Of a stretch of DNA of 53,791 nucleotides, positions 1 to 9,596 are shown piece by piece (positions within the stretch are counted from its first letter, which is position 1; every line of letters begins with the position of its first letter). The notes under the pieces were generated by a model. That model had not been told where the DNA came from. It ran no database searches and saw only the letters and a program-made list of their open reading frames with translations. The translations under genes and the position numbers were made by a program. Source of the stretch: a virus (Duplodnaviria; Caudoviricetes); IMG/VR virus record IMGVR_UViG_3300048041_000085, positions 1 to 53,791 of that record, one strand, 5' to 3'.

Positions 1-199
1 TTGTATAAAGTATAAAAATGCCTCTGGCATCGTAGCTAAACATCGATGGGGCTTGTATTCTCCAATTGTTATTAAAAAAACCGACTTCTGTTGCAGAATT
101 AGGATCTGCAGATGAAAGTGGCGTTAGCGGCTGATTGTTATAATTAACCGAAATTATTTGTTGTGTGCTTAAACACAAATGAGATGGGAGAGAAATTCC
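1..199. repeat. Terminal direct repeat / circular overlap, copy 1
   Basis: Identical to 53593-53791 except C128 vs T53720; implies a unit genome of ~53,592 bp. Confidence 0.95.
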
Positions 200-667
200 G
201 TTACTGGTACCAACCGTAAATGTCCCGACAGATCCTGATGATATAATCTGAACAGAAAGAATTGAGGCAAAACCTTTAACAGTATAAATATTGTCATAAG
301 ACGCTTGTATAACAATTTGGTCCTGAACAGCAACGTTTTCCTCATCATAACCGTTAATAATAAACGTTTGATTTGAAGTTTGCTCTGCTGTAGAATTTAT
401 GATGATATTACGTAAGCAATCTAAGACGACAACTGTTTGTCCCTGAATATTAGTAGATGTATTCTCAGGATTTAACGTTAGATAAGAATTAATTGTAGGT
501 GCCACGATTGCTGTTGATACAAAGTTATCGACAGGAGCTAGGGGAATCACAGAGTAATATTTAAGAGGGGAGTTATAAACTCCCACCCCTGAAACATTAT
601 TGACATTAAAGAGGTCAGAACTTGTACCATTCTGTACCTGTGTACATTGTTGTCTAACAGTAGCCAT
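1..667 (-). CDS. Virion decoration-like protein, 5' part of a 310-aa gene spanning the circular junction (continues 53592->53327)
   Basis: ATG at 667 with AGAGG SD; open frame MATVRQQCTQVQNGTSSDLFNVNNVSGVGVY..LDCLRN..GYDEE..KGFASI; in frame with ORF 53327..53770; paralog of 52432..53316. Missed by the ORF track. Confidence 0.85.
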   Translation of the reverse strand, partial: MATVRQQCTQVQNGTSSDLFNVNNVSGVGVYNSPLKYYSVIPLAPVDNFVSTAIVAPTINSYLTLNPENTSTNIQGQTVVVLDCLRNIIINSTAEQTSNQTFIINGYDEENVAVQDQIVIQASYDNIYTVKGFASILSVQIISSGSVGTFTVGTSNGISLPSHLCLSTQQIISVNYNNQPLTPLSSADPNSATEVGFFNNNWRIQAPSMFSYDARGIFILYT

Positions 668-684
668 TTCTAACCTCTTTTATT

Positions 685-1608
685 TTAAGAACCGAAACCT
701 TGGCAACCTATTACAGAGCGACCGTTGTAACAAATGTTTCTGTATCGTTCGTTTCCATAAACACCCAAGTTTAAGTTTGATTGATCTGTAGATGTTTCAA
801 TCGAGAGAGGCTCACGTAAATAATGGACAAGCCCAGCTTCATAATCAGTTAACAAGAAGAAGTTTGACGGCACTGCCATGAAAGGATTCACGATAAACCC
901 TTGATCAAGATAGTCGCCATAAGTCAATGGGTTAACCGCGTTATTTGCTGTACCTGGTTGGAAGTTTGAGCCTGTCAGAATATTAACGATGAACTGATTA
1001 GGCAGACCAACGAGATATTTCTTACAAGTGATCATGCAACGTTGACCTGATGCATCAACGATGTTCTGAGCTGTCACAATCATTGCTTCAGCAGAGGTTT
1101 CGTTTAATTCGGCAGGTTGAACAAGGTTAGAATACACACCGCCCTGGATAGGGTGATTTGCCGAACACATCGGTTGCCCATCAGGTAAAGTATAAACAGG
1201 GCTTGCATTTGAGAATGCATTATCAAATAATCCGATAGCTTCATTCTCTGAAACAAGTCTCAAATTGTAAGTAATAGCCTGAACACCCTTAGGGAAATAA
1301 TCCTTATAGAGGTTGTCGGAAATCGCGATTTTTGTAATCGAAAATCCAACGCCATACTGGAAGTTCTCAGCATATCCTGTTAAGAATTCTGACATTGTAC
1401 CCATTGGGATGTCAGTACCCTCAGCCATACGCGCACCAGCATTAAGCATGGCCATTTCCGCGTAGTATTCAACCGCCTTGAAAGAATCACGAATCGTCAT
1501 GAACTGCTTCCACTTAGTCGGATACTGCTTGTAAAGTGTTTGAATAGAGTCGAGACCTGGTTTTGTTAAGGCCTGAAGTTGTCCAACTGTAATTAATTGA
1601 TTAGCCAT
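685..1608 (-). CDS. Major capsid protein (Mu gpT-like / HK97 fold)
   Basis: 307 aa; N-terminal QLQALTKPGL, YGVGFSITKIAISDNLY, DGQPMCSANHP and GNERY motifs match the widespread 'AISRAQL..EL.PGL' capsid family; downstream of portal and scaffold. Confidence 0.85.
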   Translation of the reverse strand: MANQLITVGQLQALTKPGLDSIQTLYKQYPTKWKQFMTIRDSFKAVEYYAEMAMLNAGARMAEGTDIPMGTMSEFLTGYAENFQYGVGFSITKIAISDNLYKDYFPKGVQAITYNLRLVSENEAIGLFDNAFSNASPVYTLPDGQPMCSANHPIQGGVYSNLVQPAELNETSAEAMIVTAQNIVDASGQRCMITCKKYLVGLPNQFIVNILTGSNFQPGTANNAVNPLTYGDYLDQGFIVNPFMAVPSNFFLLTDYEAGLVHYLREPLSIETSTDQSNLNLGVYGNERYRNICYNGRSVIGCQGFGS

Positions 1609-2244
1609 TTATATTACTGATGCTCCATATGTTCCGAGTTTAAAGAGTGAGTTGTTGATAACGACCTGAACAATCGTATAAGCATCTCCCCAATTATTTC
1701 CGCCTTGAACTTGCATAGAAGGCGTTTCAGGAGCGAGACCAATAACTTTTACCTGACCCCAATAACTATTTGCGAGAGGGCTAGAATTTAGATAAACTTG
1801 AGAATTGCCATTGCTATCAAGATTATCCATTCCAGCGATGTTAAAGTTGGCGCCTATATCATTCATAGTCAGGCTACCATTAGATTGAATGTTGTAAATT
1901 ACAAAAGGATCTACGTTGAGGCTATACGTGCCAGATCCTCCATTATATATAGTTGTTCCAGAAACCCAGGTTGGAAAAGTAGCAACAGGACTACCAGGCT
2001 GAGACGGCCTATAAGTAACAGATTGAAAAATTCCGCAAATTACTTCCTCGAACTGGGCAGGAGGATAAGCAGTGGCAGGAAAAACCTGATTTGGACTGCC
2101 ATTAACAAGGGCAACAGGTTCACCACTTCCATAGCTAGAACCATTACCAGAGTTCATAGGGAAATCATAAGATGCACCTCTTGGTTTTGCACCTAAGAGA
2201 TAGCCAACTTCAGAGAAACCGAAAGGATGAAAAGCATTAGTCAT
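1609..2244 (-). CDS. Head decoration/cement-like structural protein preceding the MCP
   Basis: Probable start MTNAFHPFGF at 2244 with AGAGG SD; PFGF..DP.VIYNIQ..IGANF motifs typical of the gene preceding this capsid family. Confidence 0.6.
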   Translation of the reverse strand: MTNAFHPFGFSEVGYLLGAKPRGASYDFPMNSGNGSSYGSGEPVALVNGSPNQVFPATAYPPAQFEEVICGIFQSVTYRPSQPGSPVATFPTWVSGTTIYNGGSGTYSLNVDPFVIYNIQSNGSLTMNDIGANFNIAGMDNLDSNGNSQVYLNSSPLANSYWGQVKVIGLAPETPSMQVQGGNNWGDAYTIVQVVINNSLFKLGTYGASVI

Positions 2245-2545
2245 AGATATGCGCCTCTTTATGTTGTTTAAAAAATAAACGGACATTAAAAAGCACAGCA
2301 CCCAAGGGCCGTGAGATCTTAAACCTTAGTCCTCTGGCTTAAGATAACTCATTCATCGACTTCTCATCTCATTTACCCAAGAAAGTCGGCACTCGGTAAA
2401 CATAAACCAGTCTCTCATGGCACCCGAAGGCCATGTGATCTTAATTGCGGTTAATAATTAAGATACTCAACGGTAGGCATGAAATCTTTTGTTAAACCCA
2501 TGAGATTTTAACGTCATACATAAAACAGGTGGTTTCACGCCTTCC
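2245..2545 (-). ncRNA. Candidate structured 5' leader / cis-regulatory RNA of the capsid operon
   Basis: Two homologous hairpin units (2298-2351, 2420-2469) plus a 10-bp stem 2475-2484/2533-2542; G-U pairs work only on the minus strand. Confidence 0.5.
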
Positions 2546-2551
2546 TTTTAT

Positions 2552-2579
2552 ATTATAAACATTTTTAGATAAAAGTAAA
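2552..2579 (-). promoter_or_regulatory. Sigma70-like promoter for leader + capsid operon
   Basis: TTTACT-16nt-TATAAT on the minus strand. Confidence 0.5.
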
Positions 2580-2679
2580 ACTAATTTGTATTATTTTTTG
2601 TGGTAAAATGAGGAAAATATTTAATTGGGATAACACAAACCGAAACATAGGTAAAAACGGTAGTATCATCCCAAACTAG

Positions 2680-2835
2680 TTATTCAGAAGCAGGTTGTGC
2701 AACCGCTTCTACAGGAACTACGGTAGCATCAACAACGAAATTATAGATCTGTGTAGCTTGTGCAAGTGCATCGGTAAGATTATTACCTTCTATAACCATT
2801 GATAAACATGCTAGTCTTAATTCTTTATCGTCCAT
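2680..2835 (-). CDS. Small 51-aa hypothetical protein
   Basis: MDDKELRLACLSMVIEG...; AAGGAG SD; directly follows 2847..3464. Confidence 0.7.
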   Translation of the reverse strand: MDDKELRLACLSMVIEGNNLTDALAQATQIYNFVVDATVVPVEAVAQPASE

Positions 2836-2846
2836 TTTTTTCTCCT

Positions 2847-3464
2847 TTAATGATTAAACAGTGCTGCAATATATTGTGACTTCGCATCAGAACCGAAGGT
2901 AACAGTTTGGCCGTTATTGCCTCGACCTGTAACAAATCCACCTTCAACACCGATTCGTCTTGAGCTTTCTGTGAAATGCTGAGAACTTTTGAGTTTCTTA
3001 TTTACATATTCCATTTCTCTGTCATGAAGTTCTTTCGGCCGAAGCATCCACACTAATCCGCCGCGGCGAACTAATCCAGAATCCTCATGTTGTTCTCCAT
3101 AAATATCAACAAAGCCAAGCTTAGGATAGCTTGAAGACTCAGGCGGAAGCCATCCAAATCGAATACGATGATTTACGTTACTATAATCTGAGTTGCCATA
3201 AACAGATTCTCTTACCCACATACCGACATAACCTGGAGGGGTTGCTTCCTCAGGCATGTATGTTTTACCCTTATTGTTCATTTCAAAGATTTTATCAAAA
3301 TGACTAAAGTCTATCTGAGTTGTTTGTGAAGTTGCTTCACGTGACTGTGAAGCTCGTGTTTCACGTGTGCGCCTTACATTTCTTTGAGCATAAACAGTTT
3401 CATCTTTTCCACCTAACTCAACTTCTGCTTCAGGGATATACAATTCATCAATTGAATCTTCCAT
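2847..3464 (-). CDS. Conserved head-module protein
   Basis: RETRASQSRE and WVRESVYG.SD..NV..R.R.GW / GGLVWMLRP motifs; lies between scaffold and capsid genes. Confidence 0.6.
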   Translation of the reverse strand: MEDSIDELYIPEAEVELGGKDETVYAQRNVRRTRETRASQSREATSQTTQIDFSHFDKIFEMNNKGKTYMPEEATPPGYVGMWVRESVYGNSDYSNVNHRIRFGWLPPESSSYPKLGFVDIYGEQHEDSGLVRRGGLVWMLRPKELHDREMEYVNKKLKSSQHFTESSRRIGVEGGFVTGRGNNGQTVTFGSDAKSQYIAALFNH

Positions 3465-3466
3465 TT

Positions 3467-4825
3467 TTACCGTCCTTGACTATATTGTTTAATCAAACCT
3501 TGTTTATAACGTTCTTGAACTTCATCACGCCCCATAGATCTACCATATACGGCCTGTGAGAGTTCATTTAATGTATTTCCGAACAAATCAGCTGCATCTT
3601 GTTGAGAGCTGTCTAACTGAATGTTATTAGGATCATTCATATAATTATTGTTATATCCCGCTCTATTTACAGGGGCGACAGAATGTTGTGGCTGTTGATG
3701 CTGAGGCTGCTGTTGTTGAAATTGTTGAGGAGATGGATAACCTTGTCCCCCAGCATAATTACCCTGATTATACGCATTTTGTTGCATCTGCTGTTGTTGA
3801 TACGGAAGTTGCTGTTGATATTGATGTTGAACAGCTTGTTGATCTAGTTGAGTGCGAACTCTTCTATAATCAGGCTCTTGATAACGATTATTGCGCATAT
3901 TATCATCTCTTTTCTTATAACGAGGATTTAAGTTTTCATGAATTCTCATGGATAGCTCAGTATAATATTCAGTTGTCCCTATCTCATCAGCTTGACCATT
4001 TAGCTTAAGCTCTTGGATGAGTTCATACTTAATAGGCTCAACACGTTCTACTAAATTGGCATCGTAGTTTTGAGTATCACGGGGATCAAGAAAGTTATGA
4101 TTTCTCAAAAAACCATCATTAAGCGGACTATTTAATTCTCTAATATCAGAGAATTGTTGTATTGCTTCTTTCTGGGCTTCTTGTAATTGAGTATCAAAAT
4201 TCTCTCTTACTTTTTCTTCCTCAAAGTTCGTCTGGTAACGAGACTTTACAGTTTCGATATTACGCTCATAGACTTCTTTAAGCTGGGTAATCTTATTAAA
4301 GTCTTTGGTAATATCTTGTAAGCTATCCAGATCACCCTCTGCATGGGCAATCTTCCACATCTGGGAAAGTTCTTCTTCTTCTCGCTCTAGCTTTTCTTTT
4401 TGTGTGTGGAGAGCTAAAAACTCATTTTCGTCCTTTAAACGTTGGTTTTCTTTTTCAGCTAACTCAAATCGTATAAGAGCTTCTTCTTTTTCAGCACGTT
4501 CTTTTTCGATCTTAGAAGTAAGGGTATGAATTTTCTCTTTTGAATCGTTATGTTTCTTGCGCTTTTTCTTAGGAATAATCTCTTCTTCAATGAAATCATT
4601 ATACTCATCAGATTCTTCCGCATCAGGGAAGTAAGCTTCATTGCCTAATGCTGCATTTTCAGCTTCGTTACTTGAATATTGGCGCTCGCCTTGATTTATA
4701 TAATTTTCTTGATCGATAGCGTCTTGAATACCACTATCAACAGATAATTGTTGGATAGAATTTGGAGGACTCACAGGATTAAAGTCCTGTGAGTTATCAT
4801 AATTATTCGGAAATTGATTTTCCAT
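3467..4825 (-). CDS. Putative capsid scaffolding protein with Q/N/Y-rich C-terminal region
   Basis: Acidic N-terminus, long coiled coil, SVAPV motif near the C-terminus; position between portal and MCP. Confidence 0.65.
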   Translation of the reverse strand: MENQFPNNYDNSQDFNPVSPPNSIQQLSVDSGIQDAIDQENYINQGERQYSSNEAENAALGNEAYFPDAEESDEYNDFIEEEIIPKKKRKKHNDSKEKIHTLTSKIEKERAEKEEALIRFELAEKENQRLKDENEFLALHTQKEKLEREEEELSQMWKIAHAEGDLDSLQDITKDFNKITQLKEVYERNIETVKSRYQTNFEEEKVRENFDTQLQEAQKEAIQQFSDIRELNSPLNDGFLRNHNFLDPRDTQNYDANLVERVEPIKYELIQELKLNGQADEIGTTEYYTELSMRIHENLNPRYKKRDDNMRNNRYQEPDYRRVRTQLDQQAVQHQYQQQLPYQQQQMQQNAYNQGNYAGGQGYPSPQQFQQQQPQHQQPQHSVAPVNRAGYNNNYMNDPNNIQLDSSQQDAADLFGNTLNELSQAVYGRSMGRDEVQERYKQGLIKQYSQGR

Positions 4826-5286
4826 TAGCCACCTAGATCTTTATAGGTTTCTTCCAACTTTAACGTTGATTGAATATTTTCTATATGCGCCCCATCAGCT
4901 AAGCTTATGATTCTCTCATCAGTGATATACGTTAATGTATGCTGACGATAGATTTTAACTTTCTGATCTTCATATGGCCTGAAAATAACCCAATCACCAT
5001 AAGTACACCACGGGCCAGAAGGAAACAGGCTGGGATTACGAAATGCATCGCCACCCATTCCTAAAACCATTCCCGTAACACCAACTTCATTATTTCTGAT
5101 AGTCTCAGGCATATAAACAGAGCCGTCTTTTTCAGGAGCAACCCAAAGTTTTAAGAGTACCTTAAAACCGACAGGGAAAAGAATATCGTGACCTACTTCC
5201 TTAATAACCAGATCACTGATTTCTTTATCTGTCCACTCAAACGGGCTTTTCCAATCTTTGCTACGTCCTCTTTGTCCATGTATCAT
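4825..5286 (-). CDS. groES: GroES-like co-chaperonin (Cpn10)
   Basis: PVGFKVLL..GSVYMPE..GMVLGMGGDAF..GPWCTYGDWVIF..Y..ITDERII matches phage Cpn10 pattern. Confidence 0.85.
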   Translation of the reverse strand: MIHGQRGRSKDWKSPFEWTDKEISDLVIKEVGHDILFPVGFKVLLKLWVAPEKDGSVYMPETIRNNEVGVTGMVLGMGGDAFRNPSLFPSGPWCTYGDWVIFRPYEDQKVKIYRQHTLTYITDERIISLADGAHIENIQSTLKLEETYKDLGG

Positions 5287-5288
5287 GC

Positions 5289-5600
5289 CTATTCACCATC
5301 TTCATCGTCTGGAGTGTGCTTAAGATTCACAGCATCAGGATTGATGATAGACATAATCGTAGGATTATTTTCAGGTAAAAATGTCGTCGGAGTAAAACTG
5401 GAAGCAGTTTCGTTTTGCTCACACCATTTTTGAATGGCATTCAAATACACTGAGAAATAATGAGAAAGAGAAGCTCTCCCTTGAACCTTAGGATCAATTG
5501 TATCTGCATGAAAAATAGAACTGACAAATGAATCTTTCATCTTATTCGCATCGTCAGCAATTACATTTAAAACATTTTTATAGAAATTGTCCGTTAGCAT
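5289..5600 (-). CDS. Hypothetical protein (head operon)
   Basis: ORF with AAGGA SD, tightly packed in operon. Confidence 0.6.
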   Translation of the reverse strand: MLTDNFYKNVLNVIADDANKMKDSFVSSIFHADTIDPKVQGRASLSHYFSVYLNAIQKWCEQNETASSFTPTTFLPENNPTIMSIINPDAVNLKHTPDDEDGE

Positions 5601-5619
5601 TGAGTTTCCTTTTAAAAAG

Positions 5620-5853
5620 TTAATAACTTACATTGTTTCTGTTGATTAGCTTGTCACCTTCACGTTTTACATTACCGGTGGCTTTCTTTGTGACCTTCTC
5701 TCTATATTGATCTGGCGTTTGTGTGCCACCAGGGACACCTTTGCCCTGGAAGTTCTGACCATAGTTATAATTAATAGGTACAAAAGGCGTATCTATTTGT
5801 TTAGCTGTCCGCAACTTCTCAGTTGCGGAGTTTTCTTTTACAATTTCAACCAT
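5620..5853 (-). CDS. Small basic hypothetical protein (head operon)
   Basis: ORF in operon context. Confidence 0.6.
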   Translation of the reverse strand: MVEIVKENSATEKLRTAKQIDTPFVPINYNYGQNFQGKGVPGGTQTPDQYREKVTKKATGNVKREGDKLINRNNVSY

Positions 5854-5864
5854 GAATAATAATC

Positions 5865-6185
5865 CTATCTACAGTCTTTTTTGTCCATCATACCGCCTCT
5901 TTTCATAGCAGAACGCATGACATTGTCTGCAGAACGCATGACATTGTCTCTAGGAATAAATCGACCTACGTCCATACCCATAGCATGCGCTTCTCGCTCA
6001 TCATCTGCGCCAACAGCATCACCGGCAGCATGACGTTCTCTGTCATTCTCACCGCGACTACCACCAGCACGTGCACCGCCTCGCATGTTCGTATTTGTTG
6101 GATATTCCATACCTTCGGAATCACGCTGGCGAGCCATGCCATCAACATACGCTATCGCTTCATTTCTACCCACTATCTGTGTCAT
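5865..6185 (-). CDS. Small low-complexity virion protein with KRGG motif
   Basis: ATGA overlap with portal stop; HAAGDAV/HAMGMDV/MKRGGMM motifs. Confidence 0.6.
   Translation of the reverse strand: MTQIVGRNEAIAYVDGMARQRDSEGMEYPTNTNMRGGARAGGSRGENDRERHAAGDAVGADDEREAHAMGMDVGRFIPRDNVMRSADNVMRSAMKRGGMMDKKDCR
5908..5949. repeat. Exact 21-bp tandem duplication (encodes DNVMRSA x2)
   Basis: GCAGAACGCATGACATTGTCT twice. Confidence 0.9.
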
Positions 6186-8746
6186 CGTTTTTTCTCCTTA
6201 GGTGATTCTTTAGGTTCATTGTTTGAATCATGCGACATTGCTGTAGCAAATGATTTTGATTGTACATCTAATTCGTTTTTCGTTCTATCATTTTCATATT
6301 TTAAAGTATTAGCAAACGTTTTTTCTTGGATTTGAAGGTTATTCTTTAAAATGTCTACTTCAATCCTTTTCAACTCTATTTCGTGTTTACGTTCGCTCTC
6401 TATCTCTTGGAAGGCTAAGCGACGTTCTTCAATAACCGCACTATTTTCTTCCATCTCTAATTGACGCAATTTAATTTGCATTTCTATTTCTTCTCGCTGA
6501 GATTCTTTTTCAATCTTCAGCTGATCTGTTCTAATCTGTTCCTGCTTGTATTGCGCTTCTAGCTCAATGCCTTTTTCCTTAACTCTGTTTTCTTCCATTA
6601 GCGGTATACTAGGGTCCATAGGAGCAGGATTAGCTTGTTGATCTTGATCTTTGCGTTGTTGCGCCGCATGTGCCGCACGCATTGTAAGCTCTTGTTGCAT
6701 CTCAGGCGGCATCTGTGTCGGATCTTCAGGAACCATCATACCTGTTTGAGCTTCAACTTGTTGTTCATACTCATACATATCATGCTCAACCGTATGCGCT
6801 GTTAAAGCAGCAATGAAGGCACTATTATCTTTAGTTTGATCTTGAGAAAGCGTATTAATCTCGTCTTGGTGAACAATATTATGACTCTTATGATCTTGGT
6901 TTTTATAAGCCTTAATCGGTTTGCCTTGTAATACCCATGTGTTTTCACTAACCGCATCAATTTGCGGAGGAGGAGGCGGAGGAGGCTGTGTTTTAGGATC
7001 AGGGTTCAGGATAGAATCAGCATCTTGAATCTTTAATGTCTTAAGAACTCTCTTTTGCAATTCCCGTTGATTATAAAGGTCAGGATGGGCGTCAGATACT
7101 TGCATCAAAATGTCATTAACCATCAGCTGCATTGATTGTGATGAGTTTGATGGGTCCATAACAGGGAATATCTTAATGTTTGAAGAGAAGTCACTCTTCA
7201 AAATCGCATGACTACCTCCAGGCGTCATAAATGGGTAAGCTGTATCCGGTAGAATCTGACCTAGCAAATCAAATATACGTTGGAATTCTTTTTGATAAGA
7301 ACGGTAATAAGACTTAATCAATGAATTCGGCATATCACTTGTCGTGCTTAATATACCCAAAACTGTTGTAGCCGATGTATTAGCAGGGATTTGATCTGCT
7401 TTAATCTCTCGTGCAATAGAAAGGTTTTGTATGTCCTGTGAACAAGCTTGTTTCAGCTGCATAATAACAGGTGAGGGTGGATTAAAAGGCATTGGCATAA
7501 AAACATTTTGAAGCGGTTCATTAAACGTATTCACTTGAGGAATAATGCCAGGTGTGAAATTTAATTGAGTTCGCTCAGTTCTAAGCCCTGACTTCTGTAC
7601 CACGTTAGGCATATTTGAAAGAACAGCCCCTTTAAGGATTTGCTGTTGAATCTTAGTCTCTGTCTTCGCTAATCCTAAGGCTAAGTGAATCATTCCTAAT
7701 CCATAAGCATTAAAACCCGTAAAATACTTGTGTTGGATAATATGAGAGATAGGACGAAACAAAAAATCTGATTCTTCATAATTGCGCCAGATACCAACAA
7801 TTGTATTGCTGTTCTTATCCTTAATGACTCGGTAAGGTAAATAACGCGGCGTAGGGTGGCCGTCCTTGTCGACTTCTTCAAAGCCGTTAATCTTTAAGAA
7901 CGTGTAACATTCATCCCAAACATATTTCTTATTATCATCTTGAGGCGTGTTGTCGACACCCATGACCTGCTCAACTTTTCTCGTCACGGGATCAGTCGAT
8001 TGATAGTTTTCTTCAATTATCCGTGTCTTAACCCAAAGTCTTTTTTCAAAGTTTGCTTCAACTTGTCGTTCCGTTAATGTAAAACGGTGCGTAACGCGTT
8101 CAGCATCATAGATAGACGAGGAACCACTGCTTATAATAATGTCTTGCGGCATTATATAAGGGGCCACGATACGGCCTTTGTGCGGGCAATAATAAGGCTT
8201 AACAAACGAACTACCACCTAGAACAGACCACCAAATAGCTTGTTCTGAATCAGGGATATATTCCGTCATCACTTCATTGGTATAGAAATTAAAGAACTCA
8301 CCCGTACGATAGGCTTGATCTTCTATCTGCTGATTTATGAATCCATAGATTTTTGTCTCTGCGAAATCTTTTGACGGGAATAACGTTGAGAAAAGCTTGC
8401 AGGTAATCTTTAAACATTCTGTTAAGAACGTTGCTGCATATAAATCCGTGTCTTTACCAACATCGGTAGAAGGTGCGCGCTGGGCGCCTAAACCAAGTTG
8501 AGTTATGCCCTGTGTTAGAATACGTAACCATTTGTTTCTATCATTCTCATCTGCAGTAATAGACTCGGTTAAATGCTGACCGATTCTCTCAGCTTCACCA
8601 GGATGAATAAACTGAAGAATATTTTCATTGAAGCGAGGATCAGGAGCTTGGGGGTTTTGAGAAATGTTATAATTATCTACGAAAGGATCAACCACAGGAT
8701 ACCCAGGATTATAAGCGTGATTAGAGTCGTTTCCATTGTTTAACAT
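6182..8746 (-). CDS. Portal protein
   Basis: 854 aa; GSSFVKPYY, AERVTH, GFNAYGLGMIHL, AYKNQDHKSH..H motifs and C-terminal coiled-coil barrel typical of P22-like podovirus portals. Confidence 0.85.
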   Translation of the reverse strand: MLNNGNDSNHAYNPGYPVVDPFVDNYNISQNPQAPDPRFNENILQFIHPGEAERIGQHLTESITADENDRNKWLRILTQGITQLGLGAQRAPSTDVGKDTDLYAATFLTECLKITCKLFSTLFPSKDFAETKIYGFINQQIEDQAYRTGEFFNFYTNEVMTEYIPDSEQAIWWSVLGGSSFVKPYYCPHKGRIVAPYIMPQDIIISSGSSSIYDAERVTHRFTLTERQVEANFEKRLWVKTRIIEENYQSTDPVTRKVEQVMGVDNTPQDDNKKYVWDECYTFLKINGFEEVDKDGHPTPRYLPYRVIKDKNSNTIVGIWRNYEESDFLFRPISHIIQHKYFTGFNAYGLGMIHLALGLAKTETKIQQQILKGAVLSNMPNVVQKSGLRTERTQLNFTPGIIPQVNTFNEPLQNVFMPMPFNPPSPVIMQLKQACSQDIQNLSIAREIKADQIPANTSATTVLGILSTTSDMPNSLIKSYYRSYQKEFQRIFDLLGQILPDTAYPFMTPGGSHAILKSDFSSNIKIFPVMDPSNSSQSMQLMVNDILMQVSDAHPDLYNQRELQKRVLKTLKIQDADSILNPDPKTQPPPPPPPQIDAVSENTWVLQGKPIKAYKNQDHKSHNIVHQDEINTLSQDQTKDNSAFIAALTAHTVEHDMYEYEQQVEAQTGMMVPEDPTQMPPEMQQELTMRAAHAAQQRKDQDQQANPAPMDPSIPLMEENRVKEKGIELEAQYKQEQIRTDQLKIEKESQREEIEMQIKLRQLEMEENSAVIEERRLAFQEIESERKHEIELKRIEVDILKNNLQIQEKTFANTLKYENDRTKNELDVQSKSFATAMSHDSNNEPKESPKEKKR

Positions 8747-8848
8747 TCCGTGGGGTAAGCTACATATGCATGAGATTTATATAAAATAAATGTAATTTAC
8801 ATTTTATACAATAACGATTTTAATTTTATTAAATTTATTTATAAATTG

Positions 8849-8934
8849 TAATGATTTCACAATGATTGCATTTTGACATCATTGTTGTTGTTTTGAGTTT
8901 AAAATGATGTCATAGTGATTGCATATTGAAATCA
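8849..8934. promoter_or_regulatory. parS/operator-like array: TGAnn(T/G)CA boxes with 11-bp period upstream of parA
   Basis: TGATTTCA 8852, TGATTGCA 8863, TGACATCA 8874, TGATGTCA 8905, TGATTGCA 8916, TGAAATCA 8927. Confidence 0.7.
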
Positions 8935-8954
8935 AAACGAATGAAGAGTGAAAA

Positions 8955-9596
8955 ATGATAGTATTAGTAGGTGGAGAAAAAGGTGGCACGGGAAAGACGA
9001 CAATAGCAACAAATCTGGCGGCGATGCGCACAGCAGTGACTGGAGAGGTATTGCTAGTTGATACTGATGCACAGTCAACATCAACGTATTGGTGCTCCCG
9101 TAGAGAAGACAATGGAATTGTTCCACGTGTAACGAGTATCCAAAAGTCCGGTAAAGCCGTTAAGTCTGAGGTTGTCGAACTCAACAAAAAATACACTGAC
9201 ATTATAATAGATGCAGGTGGGAGAGATTCCCCCGAACTTAGAAGTGCACTTCTTGTTTGTGATAAGGTGATATTCCCCTTAAGACCGTCTCAGTTTGATA
9301 TGTGGACACTCGACAGGCTTAATATGTTAGTTAATACGGCTTTAGAGATAAACGAACCCCTTAAAGCTTATGTGTTGGTTAATCAGTCGCCAACAAACCC
9401 TGCAAGCAAAGAAGTTAAAGAGATGAAAGCTTTCTTAGATGAGTTTGATCAACTTGAGCTATTATACTCTGTCGTTTGCGAAAGAATTGCCTTTAGAAGA
9501 GCTGCCCTCGCTGGGTTATCTGTTGTAGAACATAAACCAGAAGATCAAAAAGCTAACTTTGAAATTAATAGTCTTTATGGAGAAATATACGCATGA
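8955..9596 (+). CDS. parA: ParA-family partition ATPase (type Ib, no N-terminal HTH)
   Basis: Deviant Walker A KGGTGKTT, LVDTDAQ, IIIDAGG; 213 aa. Confidence 0.95.
   Translation: MIVLVGGEKGGTGKTTIATNLAAMRTAVTGEVLLVDTDAQSTSTYWCSRREDNGIVPRVTSIQKSGKAVKSEVVELNKKYTDIIIDAGGRDSPELRSALLVCDKVIFPLRPSQFDMWTLDRLNMLVNTALEINEPLKAYVLVNQSPTNPASKEVKEMKAFLDEFDQLELLYSVVCERIAFRRAALAGLSVVEHKPEDQKANFEINSLYGEIYA

Noticed and set aside
2380-2400. tracrRNA-like 3' hairpin (AAAGTCGGCACTCGGT)
   Set aside because: Only superficial similarity; no anti-repeat, array or Cas9; better explained as part of the minus-strand leader
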